DNA of 64,000 nt from an uncultured cyanobacterium (GCA_963803805.1 CAWDOD010000002.1:864001-928000), one strand, 5' to 3'. Positions 22,001 through 34,062 are shown, counted from the first letter of the stretch. Numbers and translations: made by a program. Notes: a model not told the origin generated them from the letters alone.

Positions 22001-25000
22001 CAAAGCCATTATCACTGCCAAAGACCACGTAGCTTTCTCCTGCACTAGAATTGCCATTAGGGTGAGCTGAGGATGCTCCAATAATCAAATCATCAATACC
22101 ATCACCATTGATATCCCCTGCTCCGCTCACTGAATTACCAGAGAAGTCAACTGAATCAATGCCGTTGATAGCAAAACCATTGCTACCATTGAGGTCTGAT
22201 AGTTCTAAGCTGGCATTAAAGCCATTATTACTGCCGAAGATTACATAACTCTCTCCTGCACGATCTTTACCGTTGGGGTCAACTAATTCTGCTCCAATAA
22301 TCAAGTCATCAATGCCATCACCGTTGATATCCCCTGCTCCGCTTACTGAATTACCGGAGTAATCAAATGAATCAATACCGTTGATGACAAAGCCATTGCT
22401 ACCATTGAGGTTTGATAATTCTAAGCTAGGAGCAAAGCCATTATTACTGCCAAAGACAACGTAGCTCTGTCCTGAACGATCTTTGCCAATGGGGTCGCCC
22501 CACCTTGCCCCAATAATCAAATCATCAATGCCATCTCCATTGATATCTCCCGCTCCGCTTACTGAAACACCAGATTGGTCAATTGGATCAATACCGTTGA
22601 TGACAAAACCATTGCTACCATCGAGGTCTGATAATTCTAAACTAGCATTAAAGCCATTATTAGTGCCAAAGACGACATAGCTCTCTCCTGTACTATAATT
22701 ACCATTAGGATCGGCTCTGTATGCCCCAATAATCAAATCATCAATACCATCACCGTTGATATCCCCTGCTCCGCTCACTGAATTACCGGAGAAGTCACGT
22801 TCATCGATACCGTTGATGACAAAGCCATTGCTGCCATCTAGGTCTGATAATTCTAAGCTAGTACTAAAGCCATTATTACTGCCAAAGACGACATAGCTTT
22901 TTCCAGCATCACTATTGCCATTGGGGTCAGCAAAGGGTGAGCCAACAATCAAGTCATCAATACCATCACCGTTGACATCCCCCGCTCCACTTACTGAATA
23001 ACCAGATTGGTCATCTGCATCAATACCATTGATGACAAAGCCATTGCTGCCATCTAAATCTGCGAGGTTAATGCTGGGATTGAAGAAGCCTGGTGCATTA
23101 TTCGCTACAGGTGCGTCATTTACCCCATTGATGGTAACGTTAACCGTAGCAGTGTCTGTGTTGCCATTACCATCATCAATAGTGTAGCTAAAACTATCAA
23201 TGGCTGTTTCTCCTACAGCAAGGGATTCAAATTGTCCATTAGGATCATAGTTAAATGTGCCATCTCCGTTATAGGTGACTAAACCTAAAGTCCCTGTGGT
23301 GTCGAAGTTAGAGAAGTTAATGTTGTCAATAGGATCTGGATCGCCATCATTGCTTAAAACATTGGCAGTAGTGAAGGCTGTTGCTTCATCAGTGCTGAAG
23401 TTATCTTCGTTAGCGAGGGGGCTTTCATTGACATCATCAACTGTAATGTTCAAAGTTTGCGTATCCGTGCCACCATTACCGTCATCGGCAGTTACTTCTA
23501 CTTCGTAGATATTGTCTCCATCTGCATCGACAGGAGACTCGAAGTTAGGAGCGTTGTTGAAGCTTAATTCTCCTGTAGTTGAGTCTATGGTAAATAAACT
23601 GCTATCTGTTCCTCCTGCGATCGCATAACTAAGATTATCCCCATCAGGATCTGTTGCTGTGATGGTAGTAACTAAAGTTGTGTTTTCATCTAAGTTAAAG
23701 TTACTGCCAGAGGTAATAGTTGGAACTTGATTACTTGCTCCGCCAAAGACAACGTAGGTACGGTAAAAGTTAGTAAAATCAGGGGCTTGATACTCGGAAC
23801 TCACCATTAAGTCAGCGAAACCATCATTGTTAAAATCTCCTGCACCGCTAACAGAATAGCCTGCTGATTTATACCCTGGGCTACCGTTAATTTTGAAACC
23901 ATTACTACCATCTAGGGTAGCTAAATCTAAGGTAGGGCCAAAGCCACTGTTGTTGCCAAAAATCACATAGCTACGACCGTTAATATTTTCCTGGTAGTCA
24001 CCAAGAATGATGTCATCGAAGCCATCACCATTAAAATCCCCAAGGCTACTAATAGACAAGGGAGAGGGAACATTGTTAATTGTTTCTTCCTTGATGCTAA
24101 AACCGTTGCTGCCATCTAGGCTAGATAAATCAAAACTAGGGTCAAAACCACTACCCTTACCAAAGATGACATAGTTGGTGTCTGTGTCGGGATCCACACC
24201 GACAACAATCAAGTCATCAAAACCATCACCATTAATGTCTCCTGCACTGCTAACACGTCTTCCTAAGTCATCAAATTGCTCCTTACCATCGATTTTGAAG
24301 CCGTTGCTGCCATCGAGAGTAGATAGGTCAAAGTTAGCAGCGAAACCAGTTGTTTTACCAAAGACAACATAACTGCTTCCCGGAAGAGTATTGTTGGAAC
24401 CATCTCCACTCGCACCAACAATCAGATCATCAATACCATCCCCATTGACATCTCCGGCATCGCTAACGGAGACTCCTAAGTCACTGTCGTACGCCTTGCC
24501 ATCAATCCTAAAGCCGTTACTGCCATCGAGAGTAGATAGATCAAAGTTAGCAGCGAAACCAGTTGTTTTACCAAAGATGATATAACTGCTACCAGAATAA
24601 TTACCGTTGTTATCAGCTCCATTAGCCCCGACAATCAAGTCATCAATACCATCCCCATTCACATCTCCAACATCATCAACAGAGATTCCTAAGTAGTCGC
24701 GTCCTCCCTCACCATCAATTTTAAAGCCATTGTTGCCATTGAGAGTGGAAAGGTCAAAATCAGCAGCAAACCCACTGGTACTGCCAAAAACCACATAGCT
24801 ACTGCCAGAGTTATAAGCACTAGAGTCTCTAAAAGGATCGCTAATAATCAGGTCATCAATACCGTCACCATTAATATCTCCTGCACCGCTAACAGCATTT
24901 CCTAAGCCTTGATTTGCTGCTGTACTATTAAGTTTGAAACCATTGCTGCCATCTAGGGTGTCGAGGTTAAGGTTAACATCAAAGCCAGTTTCTTTTCCAA

Positions 25001-27407
25001 AGACGACATAGCTAGTATTAATGTTGGGAGCGCCGATGATCACATCGTCAATGCCATCTCCATTAATATCTCCAGCATCGCTTACTCTGTTGTTAGCACT
25101 AGGAGTGGGAAAAGATGTTATTTCGCGCTCAATGATGAAGCCATTGCTACTGTCAATATCGGAAAGATTAAGTTCACTAAAAGTAACCTCGTTGGTATCA
25201 TTAACGCTGATATTCAAGGCTTGTGTGTCCACGCTACCGCTACCATCAATAGCGCTAACTTCCACCTCATAAGTGTTATCCCCATCTGCATCAGCAGGAG
25301 ACTCGAAGTTAGGAGCATTATTGAAGCTTAATTCTCCTGTGGTTGAGTCGATGGTAAAGAGATTACTGTCGTTTCCCCCTGCGATCGCATAACTAATCAC
25401 ATCCCCATCAGGATCTGTTGCTGTAACGGTAGTAACTAAAGTGTTATTTTCGTTGAGGTTAAAGTTACTGTCAGAAGTTATGGTAGGAGTTTCGTTAACA
25501 TTGTCAACAGTAATATTGAGGGTTTGAGTATCTACACCACCATTACCATCATCAGCAGTTACTTCTACTTCGTAAACGTTGTCACCATTAGCATCTGCGG
25601 GAGATTCAAAGTTAGGAGCATTGGCAAAGCTTAATTCCCCTGTAGTTGAGTCTATGGTAAAGAGGTTACTGTCGCTTCCTCCAGTGAGGGTATAACTAAG
25701 ATTATCTCCATTAGGATCTGTGGCTGTAACGGTAGTAACTAAAGTTGTGTTTTCGTTGAGGTTGGGAGTTAAGTTAGAAGTGATGGTAGGGTCATCATTA
25801 TCACCCGGCATTCCAACTTTGATCCCAATAGCTTTCACATTGTCGCTGTTATCAGTTTCCCCTTGCCTATTGTCATAGTCTGTAGCAAAGAGCAAAAAGT
25901 AATTACCTAAAGCTAAATTATCAGGGATATCAGCAGTGGTATTGACTGTATAGTTATCTCCTGCTTCTAAGGGTGGTTGAAACCCAGTATAGTGAAGTTT
26001 TATAGATGTATCGGAATTGTCGAGTACACCGTCTTGAGAGATATAGACTCTATCATACCAATCGTCCCCTGCTACTGCTGTGGCACTGCTGTTTTCTACT
26101 GTCCAGGAAAGGTTGACTGTTTCGTCTAAAGCAACTGATGTTACAGGGTTGCCTGCAAGATTGCTTACTTGTGCTGATGATACTTCTAAGTTTGGGGCTT
26201 CAATTTGAATAGGAATAGCTTTAACATTATCGCTGTTATCAGTTTCCCCTTGCCTATTGTCATAGTCTGTAGCAAAGAGCAAAAAGTAATTACCTAAAGC
26301 TAAATTATCAGGGATATCAGCAGTGGTATTGACTGTATAGTTATCTCCTGCTTCTAAGGGTGGTTGAAACCCAGTATAGTGAAGTTTTATAGATGTATCG
26401 GAATTGTCGAGTACACCGTCTTGAGAGATATAGACTCTATCATACCAATCGTCCCCTGCTACTGCTGTGGCACTGCTGTTTTCTACTGTCCAGGAAAGGT
26501 TGACTGTTTCGTCTAAAGCAACTGATGTTACAGGGTTGCCTGCAAGATTGCTTACTTGTGCTGATGATACTTCTAAGTTTGGGGCTTCAATTTGAATAGG
26601 AATAGCTTTAACATTATCGCTGTTATCAGTTTCCCCTTGCCTATTGTCATAGTCTGTAGCAAAGAGCAAAAAGTAATTACCTAAAGCTAAATTATCAGGG
26701 ATATCAGCAGTGGTATTGACTGTATAGTTATCTCCTGCTTCTAAGGGTGGTTGAAACCCAGTATAGTGAAGTTTTATAGATGTATCGGAATTGTCGAGTA
26801 CACCGTCTTGAGAGATATAGACTCTATCATACCAATCGTCCCCTGCTACTGCTGTGGCACTGCTGTTTTCTACTGTCCAGGAAAGGTTGACTGTTTCGTC
26901 TAAAGCAACTGATGTTACAGGGTTGCCTGCAAGATTGCTTACTTGTGCTGATGATACTTCTAAGTTTGGGGCTTCAATTTGAATAGGAATAGCTTTAACA
27001 TTATCGCTGTTATCAGTTTCCCCTTGCCTATTGTCATAGTCTGTAGCAAAGAGTAAAAAGTAATTACCTAAAGCTAAATTATCAGGGATATCAGCAGTGG
27101 TATTGACTGTATAGTTATCTCCTGCTTCTAAGGGTGGTTGAAACCCAGTATAGTGAAGTTTTATAGATGTATCGGAATTGTCGAGTACACCGTCTTGAGA
27201 GATATAGACTCTATCATACCAATCATCTCCTGCTACTGCTGTGCCGATATTTTGTACAGTCCAAGAAAGGTTAACTGTTTCATCTAAGGCAACTGAATTT
27301 ACAGTGTTGCCAGCACTATCAGTAACGAGGCTGTCTGTGACAATTAGGTTTGCTAAAACATCGTCAAGAGCATTAGGGAGAGAATTATCATTATTTGAAT
27401 TAGGCAT
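19010..27407 (-). CDS. Giant T1SS-type adhesin (CARDB-like x4, cadherin, FG-GAP, VCBS/Big repeats, RTX C-terminus), ~2798 aa, split by a +1 frameshift at 21817-21820
   Basis: ORFs 21792..27407 and 19010..21865 join to give ...RAGE-SYVVFG..., as in the sister repeats, if one T of the T4 run is removed. GDINGDGIDDLIIGA repeats, APNFESP cadherins, GGxGxD repeats, no Sec signal. Confidence 0.85.
25827..27330 (-). repeat. Four tandem 387-bp (129 aa) near-identical CARDB/Ig-like units
   Basis: An anchor sequence recurs at 25831, 26218, 26605 and 26992 (period 387). Confidence 0.92.
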
Positions 27408-27486
27408 GGTTATAAAAGGTAATAGGTAATAGGTAATGGGTAATGGGTTTTAGTGTTATTTCTTTTCCCCATCTCCCCTGTAAAAA

Positions 27487-28587
27487 CTAGCCAACGGTAA
27501 TGACGCGGCGAATCTCATCGGTACGCAAACCAATGGCCATCGGGCTGCGTATTTTAGGAATCACCGCCACATCATATAATTCACTGACTATGCCTTCAAT
27601 ACGCAAGGAGTGAACAATATCCCCGGTGCGTAAGTCAATAACCAACAAACCACAACGGGCTTCTACTTTTTTCTCCCGCAACATCTCATCTAAAGGCAAG
27701 CCGGAAAAGGTTTTATTTTCCCTCGGTTGAGACAAACCGACAATGGCAAAGTCACCATGGAAAGTACAACCCCTGAGATATCCGGGACAAAAGGCTACTG
27801 GCTCAAATTTTGCTGCTGCTAAATCAACATAGCCAAACTCTCCTGTACCAGAGTTGAGTAACCAGAGTTTGTCTTTGTACCAACGGGGAGAATGGGGCAT
27901 TGATAACCCGGTGAGAATAATTTCCTTACTCTCCACCTCAATTACACAACCACCATCTACCCTTTGATCTCGCCAACCCTCTGCAACATCAGACTGACTC
28001 ACCGCAGTTACATACTTTGGTTGTCCCTCCTTCATAGCTAAACCATTAAGATGACAGCGATCTTCTGCTGCTAAACGGGAAATAAAAGGCGGTTGCCACA
28101 AAGGAGTAAAACTATGGCTTTCGCTGACGGTAGCTAAACAACTAAACAGAGTGTTAACAAAAATTAAAGAAGGAGAAGATTCTTCCTCCACAAACCCCAA
28201 ATCATGAATGTCCAAATCCCCCGTCACATAACTCATTTGAGGAACATAAACACAATCATAACCATTCTGGGTTTGTCCCGGTGGCAGGGCATTTTCTAAA
28301 CGCCAGATTTGATAAAGGGAACTGAAATAAAGACTATTCCCCACAGCACATAAACCCATACAACGGTTAAAAGTGCGCTCAAAGATTGATAACTTACCAC
28401 TGGGTTGTAAACCGACAAAGAAAACTTTGCCAGCTTGGTAGGTGGTGAAAGTAAGACTGAGATTCTGTTCAGTTAACCAAGAGGTAAACTGTCTAGATCC
28501 CGTAATTTCTAATTTTGGAGTTGCCACAGGAATTTGATGTAGATGACTCTGGTGAGTTGATTTTATTGTATTTAAGTTAATTTCCAA
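27487..28587 (-). CDS. TIGR03032/DUF4915-family protein
   Basis: TTYQAGK, TGDLDIHD, FVNTLFSCL, EDRCHLNGLA, GLSMPHSPRW, FCPGYLRG. Start uncertain. Confidence 0.85.
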   Translation of the reverse strand: MEINLNTIKSTHQSHLHQIPVATPKLEITGSRQFTSWLTEQNLSLTFTTYQAGKVFFVGLQPSGKLSIFERTFNRCMGLCAVGNSLYFSSLYQIWRLENALPPGQTQNGYDCVYVPQMSYVTGDLDIHDLGFVEEESSPSLIFVNTLFSCLATVSESHSFTPLWQPPFISRLAAEDRCHLNGLAMKEGQPKYVTAVSQSDVAEGWRDQRVDGGCVIEVESKEIILTGLSMPHSPRWYKDKLWLLNSGTGEFGYVDLAAAKFEPVAFCPGYLRGCTFHGDFAIVGLSQPRENKTFSGLPLDEMLREKKVEARCGLLVIDLRTGDIVHSLRIEGIVSELYDVAVIPKIRSPMAIGLRTDEIRRVITVG

Positions 28588-28733
28588 ATATTTGGAGCTA
28601 ATTTAACTTAGTAGGGTTTATCTCTTACCCCAGCAAAGATATGCAGTTTTAACATTTCTTAAACAAAGTTGTTAATGGCTAGTGGCTAGTTGTTGAATTT
28701 CAGAGGATCTTTTATTTGTTGGAGTCGTTTTAC

Positions 28734-30233
28734 TTAACTGCTAGATTTAAGACTATCAATTTTGCGGGTAAACAAATCAGTAAAAATAGTAATAACTCGA
28801 CGCTTACGTACCTTAATATTGGCATTAACCGACATTCCCGATTGCAATTGTATCTTGTTATTTAAAGCTTGACTATCAAGGCTTATTTCTGCGGGGAAAC
28901 GGTAAAAAGGATAAACCTCATCAGGAGGTAAAGCATCGGAACCAATCTGTACTAATTTCCCCTTAATATCGCCAAATTCACTGTAAGGAAAAGAATCAAT
29001 CCTTACATCCACGACCATATTTTCCTCAACAAAACCAATATCTTTGTTAGTAATATAGACCTTAGCTATTAAGTTATCTTGAGGTACAACTTTGAGGAGT
29101 GGTTCACTAGAGTTAGCTACAAAACCAGGGCCATTAGGTTGTAAATCGAATACCTTGCCACTAACAGGCGCTCTCAATTCCTGATAGACAATAGTCTGAT
29201 TAATTTGACTAATTTGACTGTTAATCTCTTCGAGGCGCTTCTCATTTTCCAAAATCACCTTAGTTAACTGGCTATCAATATCAGCAATGCGTTTCTCATT
29301 TTCAGAAATTTTGCTGTAGACATCAGTATCACTAGTTGCTACTGTGTTGCGTAAACGCTCCTGAGCCTGAGTAATGCCGTATTGTAAACGTTTCTCTTCT
29401 TCTTGCAAACGGTTAACTTCAGCGGTTGCTGACCCAACTTCTTGTTGTTGGCGTAGGAGTTGCAACTCAGAAACAGCACCTTCTTTAACTAAAGGAGCAA
29501 TGCGGTTGACTATTTGTTGGTTAACTTGGAGAATATTCTTAGCATTTGCAAGCTGTCCCCGTACTTGATTTAGTTGTTGCCTGAGTTGATCTGCTTCTAA
29601 ACGAGTAACTTCGGCCCGAGAATCTGACTCTGTTTGGTCAGCTTGGAAGCGGTTTAATTGCTGTGGGTTCAAGTTGGAAGTGTCCCCCTCTCCTTGAAGA
29701 GTAGCTTGATAATAGCGATTTTCTGCTACCAAAGCAGCACGATTTTCTGTTAAAGTTGCTAACTCTGGGGAAATACTAATGTTTTCTGGTTTTTCTGTGG
29801 TTATGCCCTGAAGCTGAGAACGATAAAAGCGATTTTCTCCTTCTAACTTTTGGCGGATTTTGAGTAGGGATTGGGATTCATCTTTAGCAGTTTTCTGCTC
29901 AAAACTAACTAATAATTCCCCCTCCTTAACATCATCTCCTTCCTTAACATGAAGTTCCTCCACTACTCCCCCTACCGGGGCCTGCACAGTTTTTACAGCA
30001 CTTTTCGGTTCTAATTTACCTTGGGCAGGAACAGCCTCTTCAATTTTAGCAATGCAAGCCCAAGCAATAGTGAGGGAAGTAACTCCCACAATCGTCCCCA
30101 CAATAGCCCGTGACCAAAATGGAGACTGCCGTAAGATTACTTTACGGTCAAAAGGTTTACTAGATGCAACAATCTCCTCACCGGGAGTATCTGCGAAATT
30201 TGACGACGACATATTATTATTACCCATTACCAA
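28734..30233 (-). CDS. HlyD-family type I secretion membrane fusion protein
   Basis: N-terminal TM, VQAPVGGVV lipoyl-like motif, coiled coil, LRAPVSG, DSFPYSEFG, LQSGMSV. Start may be 30227 or 30212. Confidence 0.93.
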   Translation of the reverse strand: MVMGNNNMSSSNFADTPGEEIVASSKPFDRKVILRQSPFWSRAIVGTIVGVTSLTIAWACIAKIEEAVPAQGKLEPKSAVKTVQAPVGGVVEELHVKEGDDVKEGELLVSFEQKTAKDESQSLLKIRQKLEGENRFYRSQLQGITTEKPENISISPELATLTENRAALVAENRYYQATLQGEGDTSNLNPQQLNRFQADQTESDSRAEVTRLEADQLRQQLNQVRGQLANAKNILQVNQQIVNRIAPLVKEGAVSELQLLRQQQEVGSATAEVNRLQEEEKRLQYGITQAQERLRNTVATSDTDVYSKISENEKRIADIDSQLTKVILENEKRLEEINSQISQINQTIVYQELRAPVSGKVFDLQPNGPGFVANSSEPLLKVVPQDNLIAKVYITNKDIGFVEENMVVDVRIDSFPYSEFGDIKGKLVQIGSDALPPDEVYPFYRFPAEISLDSQALNNKIQLQSGMSVNANIKVRKRRVITIFTDLFTRKIDSLKSSS

Positions 30234-30237
30234 TTAC

Positions 30238-33201
30238 CTAAACCTGTGCTTCTTGTTGTTGATAAAGACAAAAATAACGACCACGCATAGCCATTAATTC
30301 CTGGTGGGTTCCCTGTTCCACAATACTACCTTGTTCCATCATCAGGATAAGATCAGCATTGCGAATTGTGCTAAGACGATGGGTGATAAATAGTACGGTG
30401 CGATCGCCGAAGGTTTTTTGTAAATTCAAACATACCTCTCTTTCTGTTTCATAATCAAGGGCGCTAGTGGCTTCATCCAGAATTAGGAGTTGAGGATTTT
30501 GCAACACTGTACGGGCGATGGCAATTCTCTGTCTTTGTCCCCCAGATAAAGATGAACCCCTCTCCCCCACCCGGCTACCGTAACCACTAGGCAAACCCAT
30601 GATAAATTCGTGGGCCGAGGCTACGGTTGCGGCGGCAACCACCTCATCGGAGGTAGCATCAGGGTTGGTGAGGGCAATATTGTCTTTTACTGAGCCATCG
30701 AAAAGGAGGCAATCTTGAGGTACAATACCAATTTGCCTGCGTAGGGAATAAAGTTCCACTTTATCTATATCGTAGTCATCGATAAAGATGCGTCCGTTGA
30801 GGGGAGAATAGAGGCGGGGGAGAAGTTTGGTGAGGGTACTTTTACCGGAACCACTTTGACCGACAATACCCACAAACCGCCCCGATTCTAATTCTAGGTT
30901 AACATTGGCTAGTTGCAAAGGGCCGCTTTTACCGAAGCGAAAAGAGACATTTTCGTAGCGCACTGCACCTTTAATGGGAGGTTGGGGAATCTTACGACGT
31001 TCTTCTGCATCGGCTTCTTGAGGGGTGTCAATTATGTCGCTGAGACGTTCTAAGGAGAGGGCTGTTTCTTGGAAGTTTTGCCAAATCTGTGCCAATCGCA
31101 ATAGGGGAGTGGTAACGTAGCCGGAGATGATACGGAAAGCGATGAGTTGACCGAGGGTCAAATCCCCTTGCAGCACTAAGTAAGCTCCCACCCACAATAC
31201 CAGCAATGCCGAAAACTTATTCAGAAATTGGCTAGCTGAACCCGCAGCCGTGGAAGTGAGTACGGTTTGGAAACCCGCAGAAACATAGCTAGAATAACGT
31301 TCCTGCCATTTCCAGCGCGATTGTAGTTCAATGTTCTGTGCCTTAACGGTTTGAATACCAGAGAGTACCTCAACTAAATAGGATTGCGTTTCTGCATTGC
31401 GTTCGGCTTTAGTACGTAGTTGTCGGCGGATGATGGGGGAAACCAAGAGGGTGAGGAGGATGAAAAGGGGGATGGTGCAGAGGGCAACGAGGGTGAGTAC
31501 CCAACTGTAGATGAGCATCACGACGATGTATACTACGGAGAAGATGGCATCCAATACCACTGTTAAGGCTGTGCTGGTAAGAAATTGGCGAATATTCTCC
31601 AACTCATTAACCCTGCTGGATAATTCCCCTACGGGGCGCTTTTCAAAGTAACGCAGGGGCAGGCGGAGGAGATGGTCAATAATTTCTGAAGCTAGGGTTA
31701 AATCAATGCGGTTGGTGGTATCGACAAAGAGGTAGGTACGCAGACTGCTTAAGATTGCTTCGACAATGGCAATAAAAACTAAGAAAGCTCCTAATACTTG
31801 CAAGGTATCAATACTATTACGGCCAATTACCCGATCAATAATTACTTGAATGGTTAAGGGGTTGACAAGGCTAAAAAGCTGGACGAAAAACGAAGCAGCC
31901 AGAACTTCTAAGAGTACCCGGCGGTACTTTTTCAGGGAAGGAATAAACCAACTTAAACCAAACTTTTTTTGCGGAGTTTCTTTAGTCGGTTGCAACAGCA
32001 GGACTTGCCCATCTTCAGTCCAGTTTTCCACAAAGTTGCTAGGACTATAGCGCAAGATACCTGCTTCTGGTACACCAAGGACTAACTCTCTGTCACTACT
32101 TTCATAAAGGAGGGCAAAGCTATCTTGCCATTGTAACAGGGCTGGACCCTCTAAACGTTTGATAGTATGGCTAGGGATAGTGACTAACTGCGCCTGTAGT
32201 CCCAGAAGTTCTGCGATCGCCCCACACAGTTGCAGGGATAGCCCCCCTGTACGGGCTAATTGGTCTGCTAGTATCCGTTGTACTACTTCCCTACGGAAGG
32301 GGATATTCAGATGTTGACAAAGCATTTGCAAGCAAGCCATAACTGCCCCCAATTGCCCTTTACCCCTGACATAGGGATAGTTTTTTTTGCCCCTCGGCTT
32401 TTCGGCGACAAAAGGATGTTCTAATTCCGGTTGGGGGGGATTTTCTGGGGCATAGGGAATGTCTTCTGCAATAGTATCTTGGGGAGGAGCAGCCGATGTT
32501 AAGGTATCGATGGGGACAGGTTGCAAGGTGGGAGTAGGTACACCGATTAATCTTACTTGTGAGGAGGAAGTTACCCTCAACTCCGTGTTAAGATCAAGGC
32601 GATCCCCCACTTCATATTCAGGGAGTTGTCCTCCTCCACTAAAGAACCAAATTTTACCGGAATTAAGGTTATGGGCAGGATGCTTGCCTTGAGTTAAATA
32701 GCTCACTTCTGCCGCTTCAGTAGCCTGCTGTACTATTGTTTTAAAATCTAGTTCTTGGGGTCGTTGTTTAATCTCTTCACTAAGGAGGGCAAAAATTTCT
32801 GTTGGGGAAACTTGTTGTTGAAAAAACTCGGCTAATTGTACCTCTTTAGAGAGGAGATTAAGAAAGCTGTGGGCAGGCAAGGTTAAACAAACACTTTCAA
32901 TCGAAGCGATCGCCGTTTCACAGGGGACACCTCGCACCAAACCCACCCAACCCATAATTGCCCCCGGTTGCAGTTTTTTTAAGGTTAAGGGTACATAGTT
33001 GGAAGGATCACGGGCTATTAATCTAGCCTCTCCTTTTTGGAGAATAGCAATTTGATAAGGTAGAGTTTCTCCCCTCAGAATATTCTGCCCTAAACGATAA
33101 CGTAGGGGCTGAAATAGTTGGCTCCACTGTTGTAGTTTCTCCTTACTTAATTTGTTAAAGGGAGGAGTTGTCGCCAGAAATTCTGGTATATCATTAAACA
33201 T
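30238..33201 (-). CDS. HlyB-family type I secretion ABC transporter (cNMP-binding-like and C39-like N-terminal domains)
   Basis: Walker A GQSGSGKS, LSGGQRQ, ILDEATSALD, TM domain, long N-terminal extension. Confidence 0.94.
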   Translation of the reverse strand: MFNDIPEFLATTPPFNKLSKEKLQQWSQLFQPLRYRLGQNILRGETLPYQIAILQKGEARLIARDPSNYVPLTLKKLQPGAIMGWVGLVRGVPCETAIASIESVCLTLPAHSFLNLLSKEVQLAEFFQQQVSPTEIFALLSEEIKQRPQELDFKTIVQQATEAAEVSYLTQGKHPAHNLNSGKIWFFSGGGQLPEYEVGDRLDLNTELRVTSSSQVRLIGVPTPTLQPVPIDTLTSAAPPQDTIAEDIPYAPENPPQPELEHPFVAEKPRGKKNYPYVRGKGQLGAVMACLQMLCQHLNIPFRREVVQRILADQLARTGGLSLQLCGAIAELLGLQAQLVTIPSHTIKRLEGPALLQWQDSFALLYESSDRELVLGVPEAGILRYSPSNFVENWTEDGQVLLLQPTKETPQKKFGLSWFIPSLKKYRRVLLEVLAASFFVQLFSLVNPLTIQVIIDRVIGRNSIDTLQVLGAFLVFIAIVEAILSSLRTYLFVDTTNRIDLTLASEIIDHLLRLPLRYFEKRPVGELSSRVNELENIRQFLTSTALTVVLDAIFSVVYIVVMLIYSWVLTLVALCTIPLFILLTLLVSPIIRRQLRTKAERNAETQSYLVEVLSGIQTVKAQNIELQSRWKWQERYSSYVSAGFQTVLTSTAAGSASQFLNKFSALLVLWVGAYLVLQGDLTLGQLIAFRIISGYVTTPLLRLAQIWQNFQETALSLERLSDIIDTPQEADAEERRKIPQPPIKGAVRYENVSFRFGKSGPLQLANVNLELESGRFVGIVGQSGSGKSTLTKLLPRLYSPLNGRIFIDDYDIDKVELYSLRRQIGIVPQDCLLFDGSVKDNIALTNPDATSDEVVAAATVASAHEFIMGLPSGYGSRVGERGSSLSGGQRQRIAIARTVLQNPQLLILDEATSALDYETEREVCLNLQKTFGDRTVLFITHRLSTIRNADLILMMEQGSIVEQGTHQELMAMRGRYFCLYQQQEAQV

Positions 33202-33257
33202 TTATCATTTATCACTAAACATTTATCATTTATCACTAAATATTTATCACTTATCAT
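33195..33257. repeat. Three 21-bp tandem repeats overlapping the hlyB start codon
   Basis: taaacatttatcatttatcac twice, plus a degenerate third copy. Confidence 0.75.
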
Positions 33258-33278
33258 TAGATATTTACGCTTTAACTT

Positions 33279-34017
33279 TTAATCTGGAGGTTGATCCGGT
33301 TGGTAGTTGACAGTTTGTAGTTGTTCTTCTAGCCACTTTTGCCAACATTCTTGGAGCAACTTCTGTTTCATCTTCTCATCTAATTGGGCAGGAACAAATT
33401 CTTCTAAACGAACAATTACATACCAATCATTAAGACGACTAGGAGGCCAAAGCTGCCCTGGTTTGCTAACACTAAGCATTCGCCCTAAGTCGGTATGGAT
33501 ATTGCTTAAGGGGACAGGGCCTACTTTACCACCTGTTTTTGCTTCTGCCCCTTGGGAATATTGTTGAGCTAGTTCTGTAAAAGAGGCTTCTTTTTCCAAA
33601 AGACGGCAATAAAGTTCTTGGGCCATACCCACATCTTTAGTTCTTAACAAAGAGTATATTACCTGATCAAAGTAAGCTTTACGTTTCAAAAAAATGCTTT
33701 CAAGTTTGCTGCCCCAAGTTTGCTCTTGAAATTTAGCAATTTTCCAACTTCGTGTTAGCTTTTTCTTGTAATTGTTGGGGACTTAAACCTTTTTGTTCTA
33801 ACCAAGTTTGTCTTTCTTGAGGGCTATAAAGTTTTTGTTGTTGATAAAATTTCTCACAATTTTGCGCCTCTTCTTCAACAGAACAGACTACATCTTTAAT
33901 AGCTAAGTCGGTAATAATTTCTCGTGCTAATTCAGGCAGAAGCTGATACTTTTGTAGCAAGGGAATAATCTCCTCTGCTGTAAAGGTTTGTTCACCTATT
34001 TGTAGAACAGTAGTCAT
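33279..34017 (-). CDS. Parvulin-type peptidyl-prolyl isomerase (~245 aa), split by a +1 frameshift at 33760-33764
   Basis: Removing one T joins ...QLQEK to LTRSWKIAKFQEQTWGSKLESIFLKRK...; SFTELAQQYSQGAEAKTGGKVGP rotamase motif; typical partner of cyanobacterial T1SS genes. Confidence 0.85.
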
Positions 34018-34062
34018 AAGATAGTAGTCTTAGCTAATTCAATAATATGCTGTTTAAATAAG

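Noticed and set aside
19254-27429. Many + strand ORFs opposite the adhesin gene
   Set aside because: Antisense shadows of repetitive Gly/Asp/Asn codons with no independent coding signal.
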